A stretch of 64,000 nucleotides of DNA, taken from contig CAXXVS010000002.1 of assembly GCA_963674755.2 (NCBI GenBank), positions 1,216,001 through 1,280,000 on the forward strand, in the 5' to 3' direction. Below, piece after piece: positions 20,546 through 31,504 of this stretch (position 1 is its first letter; every line of letters starts with the position of its first letter). Below the pieces are notes generated by a model. The model had not been told where the DNA came from. It made no database searches and saw only the letters and a program-made list of their open reading frames with translations. Made by a program: the position numbers and the translations under genes. The stretch comes from Desulfobacterales bacterium. Its GTDB lineage: Bacteria > Desulfobacterota > Desulfobacteria > Desulfobacterales > UBA5852.

Positions 20546-20765
20546 TCCTCCTTATATCAATTAAAAGGTTACCCTCCTGAAGGATACCGCAAAACCCGTC
20601 GACCTGGCGCAGATCCGCCCTGTCCTATATCTTGGTGATAAATTATGCCGGCTTTAAGGTGGGATATTGCTGCGTTGCTTATCTGAAATACTTACGAATA
20701 GCTTTTCGTTCGGTTAATCGCCGTGGAGTTGCCGCACGATATGCGGCTATGTCCATGCACCAAAA

Positions 20766-20945
20766 TTATGCCTGATCATCCACCACAGCATCCTGCACAT
20801 TCTTCTTGATGGATTCGATGGCTTTAACGGCCGAGGCTTTCTGTTTGTACCCCTCCCCGGAAAACATGATTTCGCCATTGCTGGCCCGGAACCTGAAACG
20901 GAATTCGCCCTTGCCATCTTTGTAGATCTCAAACTTGTAAGCCAT
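20766..20945 (-). CDS. YegP/DUF1508 family protein (59 aa, below the ORF-track cutoff)
   Basis: MAYKFEIYKDGKGEFRFRFRASNGEIMFSGEGYKQKASAVKAIESIKKN; GGAGG SD. Confidence 0.85.
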   Translation of the reverse strand: MAYKFEIYKDGKGEFRFRFRASNGEIMFSGEGYKQKASAVKAIESIKKNVQDAVVDDQA

Positions 20946-20971
20946 GGCAGCCTCCTGTCCTGTTTTGGTTT

Positions 20972-22051
20972 AGCGGTTCTCTGGAAAGCTCAAGTTAGGA
21001 AATGTTCCGATAGCGGGTCCATATCCCACTTGATGTCCTGGCAAATGATCTTGGTGGAACGAACCACCTGCTGAACGATGCGCATAAAGATTTTACCAAT
21101 GCTTTTTGACTTTCTACGGTTGAAGCGGAACACATATTCATCCAGGTAGTTTTGAAGATATTTGGGTTCAAACCGTCCCTGAAAAGTTCCACGGATGAGC
21201 CGTTTCACCAGAGACGTTATCAAATGGGCGCCATATAGGTTCTCATAGTTGATACTTTTGCTCTGATTCGTTTTCTCATGACCATATCCGTTTTCGGTAA
21301 TGAAGTGGTAGCTGGGTAAAGCATCCGTGGCGATGGTGCTGCCAGGCTCAATGTGATGCAGGATAAAGGTTTCAAGGGAATATGCCGAGCAATCCAGGGT
21401 GACGTGCAGACGAATGCGACCCATTCGTTTCTTTACGTTCACCTTTCCACAGCGACGGCAACGATGGTTTTCCCATGGGCACCGCGCCCTCTGGGCCCTG
21501 ATTTCTGGCCGCCGATGAAAAATTCGTCGACCTCCACACGTCCGGAGAGTTTCCCCCGGGTTTGGCGAATGGTGCAGCGTCTGAGCTTTTGCAGCCAACT
21601 CCAGGCTGTCTCATAGCTACCAAAGCCCAAGAGTTGTTGAAGGTTGACAGCATTGATACCGGTTTTCCTGGTGGTGAACCACCACATGGCCTTAAACCAG
21701 TAGGTGATCGGTTTTTTGGAGCTGTCCATGATGGTACCAGCGGTTAATGAATGCTGGTGCTGACATCGGGTGCAGATATACAGATTCCTTGCACTCAGCC
21801 AGTACCTGATACCACCGCATTTCTTACAGACGAAACCATCGGGCCACTTATGCTTGAACAAATACTCGTAACAGGCGTTAGCGTCAGAAAAGCGTGCATC
21901 AAACTCGATTTCGGTTTTAGGAAAATCTTCGGTGATGGTGAAATCTGTCATGGCGAGGCCTCCTTCCTTTGAAGTTTGAGGCCGTTATAACACCGCCGTG
22001 TGACAGATCCGGTCACAACCTGCGACAACTTGAGCTTTCCAGAGAACCGCT
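20972..22051 (-). mobile_element. IS1595-family insertion sequence, 1080 bp
   Basis: Perfect 25-bp IRs AGCGGTTCTCTGGAAAGCTCAAGTT; 8-bp duplication TTTGGTTT at 20964-20971 and 22052-22059. Confidence 0.92.
20990..21951 (-). pseudogene. IS1595 transposase, frameshifted near 21445
   Basis: Zn ribbon WPDGFVC..C and VEVDE in one frame; TDALPSY and YLDEYVFRFNRR in another. One missing base at GTGGAAAGGTG would join them. Confidence 0.85.
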
Positions 22052-22065
22052 TTTGGTTTTAATTG

Positions 22066-23502
22066 TTATTCCTCTTGAAAAACCTCGCACTCCTCCGCGA
22101 TTTCATCCAGAAACTCCGGTTTCATGTATTTGATCATTGCCCCGGCGCTCTTGATGGCGTCCCGCAATGTTGAAAAAGCGATGTACTTGCAGATCTGGTT
22201 CATCGGGGTGGGCAGGTTGGAGAAGACCGGTCGGTTCACCTCGGCATAGACTTTACTCCGCCGCTCATCCGGGGCCACGATATAGAGTGGGATGTTGATG
22301 TTGGGCTGCATTGCGATCAGGTCGGCCATTCTTAGGATGCCGGAATAGATTGAGGTGGTGCTCTCTATCTCGAAGGCAGCCAGGATGCTGTTCTGCTTCA
22401 GCCAAATCACGTCGATTAGCTGAATTGTTCTGTTGGTTGTTTCGTCAAACGTTAACGGAAGGGAAACCTTAAGCCTGGGTATATCGCCCAGGCGCTGGCC
22501 GCTTACCTCCTTTCCTCGATCATTGTTTGCCACCCACAGGTCGAGGCCCATGTCATTTCCGAGCTTGAGCAGCATCCACTGAATTTCGGTATGAACCGTA
22601 TATTCCTTGGCTAAATCTGCCTGCTCCTCATGTTCTGGATCGCCGGTTGGAACCGTCAGAACACCCTTGTCGGTATTGACAGTGACGGTAGCAGCCGGGG
22701 TGGCCGCTCCAGGCCTCCATTCGTTTTTAAGATCTTGGTAAAAGTCGAATTTGCGGTCTCGCCTGTCGTATTTTTCAGATAGGTCGCCCCGGATCAGGAG
22801 AATGGCGTCGTCAGGATCGGCAGGTAGCGGCTCCTTTACCTGGTCTCTGTATGTGTTCACGATCCACTGCTTGTCCCGCGAGCTAATGATCCGCTCGTAG
22901 TAGTCGGGAAAGGCCATGTACAGGAGAGCATGTCGCATGTCGTAGGCGCGGTCTCCCTTAACCTCAATATTTTCGAGAACCATGTCCATGGCTGCACGCA
23001 TAGCGGTATGATTGGAAACGATGCTTTCAGGGGATGCCTGCTCTTTTACGTGCAGAGCAAAAAGGATGATCAACCAGAACTGGCTGTATTTGATATGATA
23101 CTTGATCGCCGTCCTGGTAAAACCGTGCGACTGTGCTTGCCAGATAGGATCGTCCTCGGGTGGCGGAGTTAATCCCGCCTGCGATGCAGCCCACCCTATA
23201 TCGTGTCTTATCTTTTCCAGGGTAATATTCGTGGAAGGTAAAAAGTAGACATAGTAGACATCGCAGAGTATCCCCCACTCGGCGGACGAAGCCTGAGCCA
23301 TCTGCTTAAGCAGCTTTTCTTCAAATGAATACTCTCGGCCGATCTCGGGGGCATCAATCATATGCCTTTTTACAGCATTTAAGTTTTCGATAGTCCAGTA
23401 GTTCTGATCGGGCCACAGAAGTGATTTGTCTGACAAAATGCAGTTTTTAAGGAATGATTGAATAGTTGTGTAAAGCAGTTCGTTCTCAAAGCGTGTGGCC
23501 AT
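22066..23502 (-). CDS. Putative restriction-endonuclease-like protein (C-terminal PD-(D/E)xK-like domain)
   Basis: HTEIQWMLLKLG..., IDVIW...AAFEIESTTSIYSGILRMADL; N-terminal helical domain reminiscent of McrB-type N-termini. Confidence 0.6.
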   Translation of the reverse strand: MATRFENELLYTTIQSFLKNCILSDKSLLWPDQNYWTIENLNAVKRHMIDAPEIGREYSFEEKLLKQMAQASSAEWGILCDVYYVYFLPSTNITLEKIRHDIGWAASQAGLTPPPEDDPIWQAQSHGFTRTAIKYHIKYSQFWLIILFALHVKEQASPESIVSNHTAMRAAMDMVLENIEVKGDRAYDMRHALLYMAFPDYYERIISSRDKQWIVNTYRDQVKEPLPADPDDAILLIRGDLSEKYDRRDRKFDFYQDLKNEWRPGAATPAATVTVNTDKGVLTVPTGDPEHEEQADLAKEYTVHTEIQWMLLKLGNDMGLDLWVANNDRGKEVSGQRLGDIPRLKVSLPLTFDETTNRTIQLIDVIWLKQNSILAAFEIESTTSIYSGILRMADLIAMQPNINIPLYIVAPDERRSKVYAEVNRPVFSNLPTPMNQICKYIAFSTLRDAIKSAGAMIKYMKPEFLDEIAEECEVFQEE

Positions 23503-23756
23503 TAAAACCTCTTTCGAATATAGATTCTATCTGTTTACAATATCACTTTCTATCGCATTATTATATATCTCTTGATTTTCTTTAACCTCAATTTTCATAA
23601 AAAATATATGATAAATCGGTTTCCAGTCAACGCGAGATAGGAAAATATAGCTCCAGATAAAATTACTAATAATTTATGTAGTAAATCAGGCATAGTTAGC
23701 ATTTCGATCGTTGAAGCTCGTTGATATATGACCCTTATTATTCCTTATATTGTTTG

Positions 23757-24473
23757 TTAAAAAATATAGCGTTTTATTAAAAAAAGAACGATAAGAAGTA
23801 AGATTAAAGTGTATGTAATCGTAAGATAATTTTTTATCGAAAAGTACTTAGTCGGAATGACACATACAATTTTCTCTTCATTAATCATTATTTTTAGCTT
23901 ACACTTGGAACCATTGGATTCTAAATGTTTTTCATTGTTTTTTGAAAATATGAGAAATCCCCATACAGCTAAAATAATTGTCATAATTAACCAATAAGTT
24001 GAATTTTTTGATCTAAATATTGAAGATCTAAATCGTATTTCCCTTGTTTCTGATACCAACTGTTTAGTCTTTTCCCACTTTTCATGCTCATTTCTGGCAA
24101 TTTTTTCTGATGGAGTTTTATCTGGATGCATAGCTCTATATATCAGATAAGATGTTGAATCGGGATTCCAAGGTTCTGGTGGATTCCAATGGGCCTCTTC
24201 AATATGAACATAAGGTCCTTTAGTGATGAAAATGGTAGCTGCAATAATTATAATTGATGTTATCGCCCAAATTAATAATTTCTTTTCATATTTTGCATTT
24301 TTTGTATAGAAATGCTTTAAGAAACCTAATATGAAGGCTGATGAGAGAATAAATGTAAAAAAGTATATTTTCTCATTATAACCGAAGGTCTCATATATAG
24401 TTATATTAAGAAAAAATATAATTAGTATCAATGACGGAATTATTATAAATTTTTGGGGTGAATTTAATTTCAT
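23757..24473 (-). CDS. Hypothetical AT-rich membrane protein
   Basis: 238 aa with about five hydrophobic segments. Confidence 0.55.
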   Translation of the reverse strand: MKLNSPQKFIIIPSLILIIFFLNITIYETFGYNEKIYFFTFILSSAFILGFLKHFYTKNAKYEKKLLIWAITSIIIIAATIFITKGPYVHIEEAHWNPPEPWNPDSTSYLIYRAMHPDKTPSEKIARNEHEKWEKTKQLVSETREIRFRSSIFRSKNSTYWLIMTIILAVWGFLIFSKNNEKHLESNGSKCKLKIMINEEKIVCVIPTKYFSIKNYLTITYTLILLLIVLFLIKRYIF

Positions 24474-24798
24474 TTGATATTGGCAGTAGAAATTGGGGCA
24501 AAGCTTATAATATCTGTGTCCATATGCTATTTTTATTGCGCATTGGCTTTTTATAGGTTTTGATAGTCCGAATAGTTAATGTTTAAGATACGAGCCAGTT
24601 GAATCTTTATATGGATGCCTTAATCTTAGTTATATAACAGAAAAAATATATTTTGACTTTTCCACCGTTTCCCAGATTGACCACGATTCGGTTACTTGCC
24701 TATACCTCGGCTTGGCTGCCTCGTTTATATGTGGGTGTAGAATTTGCTCCATCTTATTCTCTTGTATTCCTATCTATAAAAAATATGAATTTAACTAG

Positions 24799-25557
24799 TC
24801 AATTTACAAATTTGCCCATTGGCAGTTCGCGTTGTAGGGTTACCGGATCTGGTTTTGTTATGCCTAAAAAACCTATCGCTTCCTTAACTGATAAAGGGCA
24901 ATAAACCATTTTATGGTTATTATTAAAATCTACAATTTCGATTGCGATATATCCAGGCTCTTTTTGTATACCGCTTTTATCAAACGGTTTATCTGTTTTT
25001 TCACAAACCTCGAATTCTGGCATTCTCCAATCCCAAACGAAAAAGAAGTGCTTCATTGTGTTTGCATTGATAATTCTTTCAATTGAATAAAATGATGCAC
25101 TTCTATATATTTCTGGGTTTGGATAAATTTCATAACATTTTTTTGATTTTTCATCGATTGGAATATTTGGAGTATAGTATGCTTTGCTTACATTACATGG
25201 TATTTTTTTAGGATTAGTTACAGCAACCGTAACTTTCTCAAATTCAAGCACATCCAAAACACTTCCACTAATTTCTTGGTTGCTGCCCTTAAATTTCGAA
25301 TACAATTTTTCAATTGTTGGAAACGTTGTCGTCAATACCGATATTAAAGCTATCAGCAACGCAAGTGTCGTGTGGCTAGCGCCTAAGTATCTCCTGAAGT
25401 CTTGATAGCTATCACAATTAAGACATTTTTTTGCATCTTTCTGAATAAGCGATGCACATACTTTACATTTTTTCCTATTCATATTATTTGTGCTGCTATT
25501 TGTAGATTCACTTTTTTCCTTATCATCTTTCTCATATTCACCGTCTTCATGAATCAT
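24799..25557 (-). CDS. Hypothetical protein with N-terminal Zn-ribbon and one TM
   Basis: CKVC...CLNC followed by a hydrophobic helix. Confidence 0.6.
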   Translation of the reverse strand: MIHEDGEYEKDDKEKSESTNSSTNNMNRKKCKVCASLIQKDAKKCLNCDSYQDFRRYLGASHTTLALLIALISVLTTTFPTIEKLYSKFKGSNQEISGSVLDVLEFEKVTVAVTNPKKIPCNVSKAYYTPNIPIDEKSKKCYEIYPNPEIYRSASFYSIERIINANTMKHFFFVWDWRMPEFEVCEKTDKPFDKSGIQKEPGYIAIEIVDFNNNHKMVYCPLSVKEAIGFLGITKPDPVTLQRELPMGKFVN

Positions 25558-25932
25558 TTTGCATGTACTTTCAAAATATTATTGTGAATTCATACCAACC
25601 AAATAACGCTCTTCCACCCGGCGCGTCATTATAGTCCTATGATGCAATCCTTAATTCCAGACACAGCTAATCTTAAGTCTTCGAAAGCAGTTGACCCCAA
25701 AGACTGGACATCCTGATTGTCCCGATTAGCTATAGGCCGAGAGATACTATTTAGAAAGAACTGCATCTGGAAACTGCGGCAAAATACCGATTTACTCATA
25801 TATCCGGACATCTGTTTAGTATTTTGTAAGTGGCTTTAATCTGAACCTTGCCAGCTTTGCAATCCCTATTTTAGATTCGTAGGTTATAAGTAGAAAACAT
25901 CCATTAAAAGATCCTTCCTACTTTAAATTTTA

Positions 25933-26685
25933 TTATTCTAATGAACCCTCATATACTATTGATACGATTTTTATACTATCACTTAAATTCAGAATATAGT
26001 TTAATAAGGACAATTTAATAGATTCAAATTTTTTAACCCCTTTTATAGAAATTTCTGAAACATGTCCTTTATATGCAGAAACAACTTCTGGCATTGCGTT
26101 AGCATTCGTCTTTGTCAAATCTACATATAACAAATCCAATTCTTTTTTATACAGTATTCTGTCGATGGGTTCGAGTGTAGTAATCAGGAATGGTCCCGGG
26201 TTATTGCCAACGGAATTCCTCAGATCCTTATCTGTGGTTGATGCTGCAATGCTTGATAGTAATGATTTTTCCCAATCTTTATCAACGTCGTCATATAACA
26301 TTTTTTTATCTGAATATGAGAAAATAAATAAGTTATATAAAGATTTATCATAGTCAAAATAATGTTTATCATCCTCTATTGTAGACGAAATAATCTCCTC
26401 AACCAATTTTCTATATCTTTGCCACGACTCTCTATCATTTTTGTTTCGGTTAAGCAAAATGTAAGTATACACTGCATAATCAGAAGGTGTTAATTCGTCA
26501 TTTTTCAAGAAAGTGTAAACATGAGATACTTTATTCATGCCTGTTTCTAAACCATCAGTCGAATAGTCTGTCATTCCAACAACAATTTCTATAGTCTCCT
26601 TGTGTGCACATCCATTATATAATATTAATAAAAATATAATTAGAATATTATTAATGGCACAAGAATATTTCCAATAACGTTTCAT
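25933..26685 (-). CDS. Hypothetical lipoprotein
   Basis: Hydrophobic stretch ending LYNGC; 250 aa. Confidence 0.6.
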   Translation of the reverse strand: MKRYWKYSCAINNILIIFLLILYNGCAHKETIEIVVGMTDYSTDGLETGMNKVSHVYTFLKNDELTPSDYAVYTYILLNRNKNDRESWQRYRKLVEEIISSTIEDDKHYFDYDKSLYNLFIFSYSDKKMLYDDVDKDWEKSLLSSIAASTTDKDLRNSVGNNPGPFLITTLEPIDRILYKKELDLLYVDLTKTNANAMPEVVSAYKGHVSEISIKGVKKFESIKLSLLNYILNLSDSIKIVSIVYEGSLE

Positions 26686-26695
26686 CTTTATCGCC

Positions 26696-26887
26696 TTACT
26701 TATGTTTACCTTTTGCTATAAGATACATCATTAATGAGGTAATTATGAAAGCTGTTATCACCACAAATGGTAAAAATGATTTTGTTTCAATCAAAGGATA
26801 TATACTTTTTAAAATTACCAATAATATCGAACTCAAAAAAATAGTTATAACTACAAAAATAGAACTTTTTTTAAAATTTAAATCCAC
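26696..26887 (-). CDS. Small two-TM protein
   Basis: 63 aa with two hydrophobic helices, 10 bp upstream of the lipoprotein gene. Confidence 0.5.
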   Translation of the reverse strand: MDLNFKKSSIFVVITIFLSSILLVILKSIYPLIETKSFLPFVVITAFIITSLMMYLIAKGKHK

Positions 26888-27078
26888 GTCTTACCCCTGA
26901 CTATTTAAGATTTAATTGAATATTGATGATTTTGTATAATGTTTAGGAGCTTCCTTTGTTAAGGACGTATTATAGCTTGATTACGACCCTGTCGTTCGCC
27001 TGGGTGACTCTGATTTTCATATATATGTGTTTGTAAAGATTCAAGATTAGGCGTTATCCGGCCCTATGTTTCCACCAT

Positions 27079-27930
27079 TCAGAACAGTATCTGGTATTTG
27101 CTGTCGAGTGGCGTACTCCCAGGATTGACTAAGACAGGCGAAATCCATATCCTCTCTCCGGACTGAAGTATTCGAATGTGACCGCGTCTGAAATGAGTGC
27201 GTGGGCTTGTGCGCTTTCGTTTTTGGTCTTTCTCCTTCTCGTTTCGGTCATAATCCAATCGCGTCACATCTCGCGAAACACAGATGACGTATCCGTCCGG
27301 TAGTGACCGTTTACCCTTTCGTATTCGCTTTTCGTTTACAAGCTTGGGCGTTTCCACATGTTTAATTGATACATTCTGGCACTGCAATAGAACCGCAACT
27401 TCATAAACCGCCATAAGAGAGGGATTCATAGAGTTAACCAGCATTTGTACTTGTTCCTGTGAAAGAGGTCGTTTTCGAAAGTTAATTGGTGAAATCACTA
27501 ATTTGTTGTGCTGGAGTGGCCCCTTAATCAACACGCTCAAGCCCGCAGGATACCAAGTCCATTTGGAATGACCATATAGCTTGCTTGCTTGTGCGATCAA
27601 TAGTTCCTGGTTCTGCTCATTGTGAGTGACAACAGCTACCGTAGGCATGCGCCGATTTTCATCGCGATCATCAAGGATCGGAAATTGCAGTGCGATTACA
27701 GGAAAGGGTTGGTGATACTTCTCCAGCTTAGAAACGGCCGGATCTGATTCGAAAAGATATCCTGTATACGGAGGGTCCGTCATTGTGTATGGTGGTAAAG
27801 AAAACGGTCTTGCTACACGAGCCAGGGGGCCAACGGATTTAGAAAGCAATGGCGCGTCATGCCGCTCATGCTCAAGGCTTTCCAGGGCTTCGTTTAACCA
27901 ATTATAGACTTGGAACTCTGGTGCCTTCAT
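27079..27930 (-). CDS. Hypothetical protein with a C-terminal motif I associate with phage proteins
   Basis: 283 aa; basic C-terminus SPRTHFRRGHIR...IWISPVLV. Confidence 0.6.
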   Translation of the reverse strand: MKAPEFQVYNWLNEALESLEHERHDAPLLSKSVGPLARVARPFSLPPYTMTDPPYTGYLFESDPAVSKLEKYHQPFPVIALQFPILDDRDENRRMPTVAVVTHNEQNQELLIAQASKLYGHSKWTWYPAGLSVLIKGPLQHNKLVISPINFRKRPLSQEQVQMLVNSMNPSLMAVYEVAVLLQCQNVSIKHVETPKLVNEKRIRKGKRSLPDGYVICVSRDVTRLDYDRNEKEKDQKRKRTSPRTHFRRGHIRILQSGERIWISPVLVNPGSTPLDSKYQILF

Positions 27931-28134
27931 CGCCCTAATACCCCCCTACTAATAATTTATCATTGGAATATTTTCCAGGATATTGGATATAGATCGAATC
28001 CATTCCGGTTCCAAATTCAAACCGTTTTATCACGATCCGAAATTATCCGTAAAAATGTCTAATTCTTGTATATGTTTGTTATGTATATCTCAATAAAGCC
28101 CAATCATTCCAACAAACTGTCTCCTAATTTTACA

Positions 28135-29175
28135 TCAATACAGGATATTTTCATCCTCATAAATTGTAATGTAATCTTGATCAATTTCAACAACATTACA
28201 CTTGATTATATTTTTTTCATTTTTATCTGTTTCAATCTTTAATGTCCCTGAAAGTGAAGTGGTTTCTTCAATAGTGCCTTCAATTTTATGAAGAGGATAT
28301 GCTTCTCCTTTATCGAAAACAGCAGTTTGTAGATCCCAATATGATACATAAGCAGAAAATACTATTTCTGCATCAAAAGAAACAATATAGTTGTTATACC
28401 CTATGCCTACAACATAATACTCCAAATCGTCAAAATGTAGCAACGATACATCTTCGGATTCTCCTTCCCAGTTAGCTTCAATTATAAAAGCTAAGCTTGG
28501 GAATTCTTCAGATATTGATTCCTGTAAGAGGGAATCGTTATCTGATAAAAGTTGATGGATTCTATCAATCTGTTCATCTTCACGCAGCAATGCGTCCGTA
28601 TATGCAGGCAATGATGGAAAGTATAAGAGATGCTTATACCTCTCACAAGCTGCTTTAAAGTCTTGATCTTTAGAAATGATTGCAATAAAATTATTAATAT
28701 TTTTATAGTAATGATTTATTGACGCTATTGAAAAAGCATCCGGAAATTCACTTTTTTTCTTTTTTTAAAAAGGCGCACGCCCCCAATAATACCAATCCAT
28801 AATATCCTGTATCTTTATCCCTTTATAATCAAGCTTATGGACAGTAAAATTTTTATAAAATTCTGACAAACCCTTTTCTATTTGATGAGCAAGTTGACTT
28901 GCAATTAAAAATCGATTACTTCCATTAAGTGGCCAAGTATCTAATTGGCATAAAAATGGAGCATTTCGAGCTGCATTTTCAAGTGATTTAACTGCAGCCT
29001 GTGACCGATCCCCGATATGACTTCGTATTTCCCGATCTGTAGGATCAGGAACGAGTAGTATTAATTGGTACTTTTTTGCCAAATTATCAAATGCTTTATA
29101 TCTTGCTAAATTAAAATTATACTTGCTATCATCAAAAATGCATGTGTCTATGAATATAGTAGTTGGAATGGTCAT
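28135..29175 (-). pseudogene. PIN-domain (DUF4935-like) protein with one in-frame stop
   Basis: IFIDTCIF, APF*KKKKSEFPDAF and IISKDQDF. ORFs 28765-29175 and 28135-28611 share one frame broken only by TAA at 28765-28767. Confidence 0.8.
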
Positions 29176-29243
29176 TTCATTATATCGAGGCTATAAATAA
29201 TTGGATGAAATTTCCAAAAATTAAAGATGTACAATAATTTGTT

Positions 29244-30818
29244 TTAAAACTTTCCCGTTATAGTTCCAAATAACAAACTTAGACATTCATTGATAGCTTC
29301 CCTAAAATTGTTAATATCTGTATTTGTCACGTCTACAGTGGCCCTCTCATGTATCAATTTATTTCGCATCAAATAATAGTGTTCTATTCTGTCCATAGTT
29401 TTTTGTTCGAATGAAATATTTTGTTTAACAACACTGATAACCTCAGATCGATTTCGAAACAATTCCTTGAGACTTTTGCCTTTTTTATTTAGACCTTTCT
29501 CATGTACAATATATTCTTTAAGTGCTATCTCAAACGTGCTGTCCAAAAGGATTAGCGCAATCCTATTCTTTGTTTCAAGCGGTTGTCTACCAATTACTTC
29601 TTGAGCAGCTAACGCATCTAATAAACCTGAAACCCAAGGCTTATCTTCCAAAACATCAGCATTATTTTCTTTCAAGTGATCTATTGTCTTTTTACGGACT
29701 TTTGGCAAAGGCGGCAAATATGACTTATTTACATTTTGAACATCATCAAATTCAATGTATTTTATTTCTCCTTTTTTGTACTGGTAGACGGTTTCGTTCC
29801 ACTGCCCCTTTAAACGGCGTGATAAAGAGGAAAAATCGGTAATTATAGGAACCAAAACGTTATATAAACCTTGGAAAATTGGATGCCCATAATTTATAGC
29901 TGATTTTGTGCTATTCCACGGCATACGATTGGCTGGTCCTTGAAACTTGACAATTACCCTAGCTAAAGATGCATCAGGGTGTGGGATACCTGCATATCCT
30001 TTCATATAACCCACATCACGATCCTTCACCGCTTTACAGATTAATCTATCATTGCAGTAAAAATATACCCCATAATTTTCCTTTACTGGATCACGATTTA
30101 GTACAAGGCCACCATATATTTCAACCCCAACACGTTCGCCTGATTGCGCTGGTATTTCAAACATATAGTATCGTGGCTCAAATTCAGGGGGGTATGCCCA
30201 TTGATCAAATTCCATCGGGATCAAACTTTTAGAGTTCACAATTATTTCAAAATTTTCATTTTTTAAAAATTGAGAATATGTTTCTTGCAAATGGATTATT
30301 AATTCATCCTTTGTTTTCTCAGTCAAAGAATATCTAAGGCCATACAAATCGATCATTGTTGTTCTTGGAGGTATCTCGTCCACATCATACACAGGGATTT
30401 CCCAATCTTCATCTTTCAACCAGTCATCATCAACATCTATTTGAAATGTGGTATCAGATTCATATCGGGTTCTAATCTTGATATTCTCAGCTAATGCAAT
30501 TACTGCTCTTTTACTACCAACTCCGAACATTCCAATTATAATTTCATTCGGATCATTGAGGCTTGACCCTGGACTAATCAAGACCTTTAATTCTGCTTCC
30601 GGTATACCACCAGCATTATCAATTATTCTAATTTTTCTTCTGTCGATGTCTAAATCAAGATTAACACAGAGTTTTTTTGTTTTTCCTCTTTTTAACCAAA
30701 GATCTAAAGCATTATCAATTAATTCACATATGGAGGTGTTAAGGCTATAATCGCTAATAATAGACCAAAATAGTCTTTTATTTGGTGTTACATTTATTGT
30801 TTTCTTTTCCTTCTTCAT
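29244..30818 (-). CDS. GHKL (MORC/HATPase_c_3-like) ATPase fused to a C-terminal HEPN-like domain
   Basis: ELIDNALD, DNAGGI and GMFGVGSK; S5-like GVYFYCNDRLI; C-terminal ALILLDSTFEIALK...RNKLIH (RxxxxH). Confidence 0.75.
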   Translation of the reverse strand: MKKEKKTINVTPNKRLFWSIISDYSLNTSICELIDNALDLWLKRGKTKKLCVNLDLDIDRRKIRIIDNAGGIPEAELKVLISPGSSLNDPNEIIIGMFGVGSKRAVIALAENIKIRTRYESDTTFQIDVDDDWLKDEDWEIPVYDVDEIPPRTTMIDLYGLRYSLTEKTKDELIIHLQETYSQFLKNENFEIIVNSKSLIPMEFDQWAYPPEFEPRYYMFEIPAQSGERVGVEIYGGLVLNRDPVKENYGVYFYCNDRLICKAVKDRDVGYMKGYAGIPHPDASLARVIVKFQGPANRMPWNSTKSAINYGHPIFQGLYNVLVPIITDFSSLSRRLKGQWNETVYQYKKGEIKYIEFDDVQNVNKSYLPPLPKVRKKTIDHLKENNADVLEDKPWVSGLLDALAAQEVIGRQPLETKNRIALILLDSTFEIALKEYIVHEKGLNKKGKSLKELFRNRSEVISVVKQNISFEQKTMDRIEHYYLMRNKLIHERATVDVTNTDINNFREAINECLSLLFGTITGKF

Positions 30819-30913
30819 TGAAAACTACCCTTTGGTATTCTTCGCCATAACAACATTATCCAATCTAACTGATACTTCAACGGAATCAAAGACATACCCC
30901 AAAACCGCTTCTG

Positions 30914-31504
30914 CTAAAGCCATTCCATTATCTTAACGCGGTAGCCTTCACCCTTAAAAAGAGTTATTGCGTAGTCCCCTTTCGGGCCTCCCTCGTAGAT
31001 ATCGCTCCTGAATAATATATTCGACTCGATGATGGGCCATTTCGGAAAGCAGACGCAATTCATTTCCGCGTCAACGGTCAAAACCACATGGTGATCCTGC
31101 GGAATACTATGGGTGACGCCTTTGATTTGAATAAAGTGGGAAGTGCGTTCCCCTTCCTTTGGGGACAGAATGTAGCTTGCTGGGATGTCCTCCTCCTCGA
31201 TCATGTTGGAGGCCAGCAAAGTCTGATCGTTCGATTGGGGATCGTAGAGGTGGTACTTTTCGAGGGTATCGAAGGATCTGTTGGAGAGCAGGTTGAAAAA
31301 GCTGAAGACTGTATGAATACCAATAATAGTAATCAGTGCTGCTATAAGCGAGTAGTACGTTAAGAATTTAATGATGATTTTTGAGGTGCGGCTGAACTTG
31401 CTTTGCGGCTCTTTAGGCGGATCTGGCGACAGACCGGCATGGGCTGGCTTGGCATGTTTCCGTATCTCGCCGAGCTCGTGCCACATCTTTAACCTGAGTG
31501 GCAT
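30914..31504 (-). CDS. Hypothetical single-TM protein, possibly 3' truncated
   Basis: GGAGG SD, one TM segment and a beta-rich C-terminal region ending at a GC shift. Confidence 0.5.
   Translation of the reverse strand: MPLRLKMWHELGEIRKHAKPAHAGLSPDPPKEPQSKFSRTSKIIIKFLTYYSLIAALITIIGIHTVFSFFNLLSNRSFDTLEKYHLYDPQSNDQTLLASNMIEEEDIPASYILSPKEGERTSHFIQIKGVTHSIPQDHHVVLTVDAEMNCVCFPKWPIIESNILFRSDIYEGGPKGDYAITLFKGEGYRVKIMEWL

Noticed and set aside
21430..21455. Programmed -1 frameshift in the IS1595 transposase
   Set aside because: There is no X-XXY-YYZ slippery heptamer, and this family normally has a single ORF. A 1-bp deletion or sequencing error is more likely.
23757..30818. Integron cassette array
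   Set aside because: The genes are co-oriented and AT-rich, but I found no repeated attC structure (RYYYAAC...GTTRRRY with internal palindrome) and no intI.
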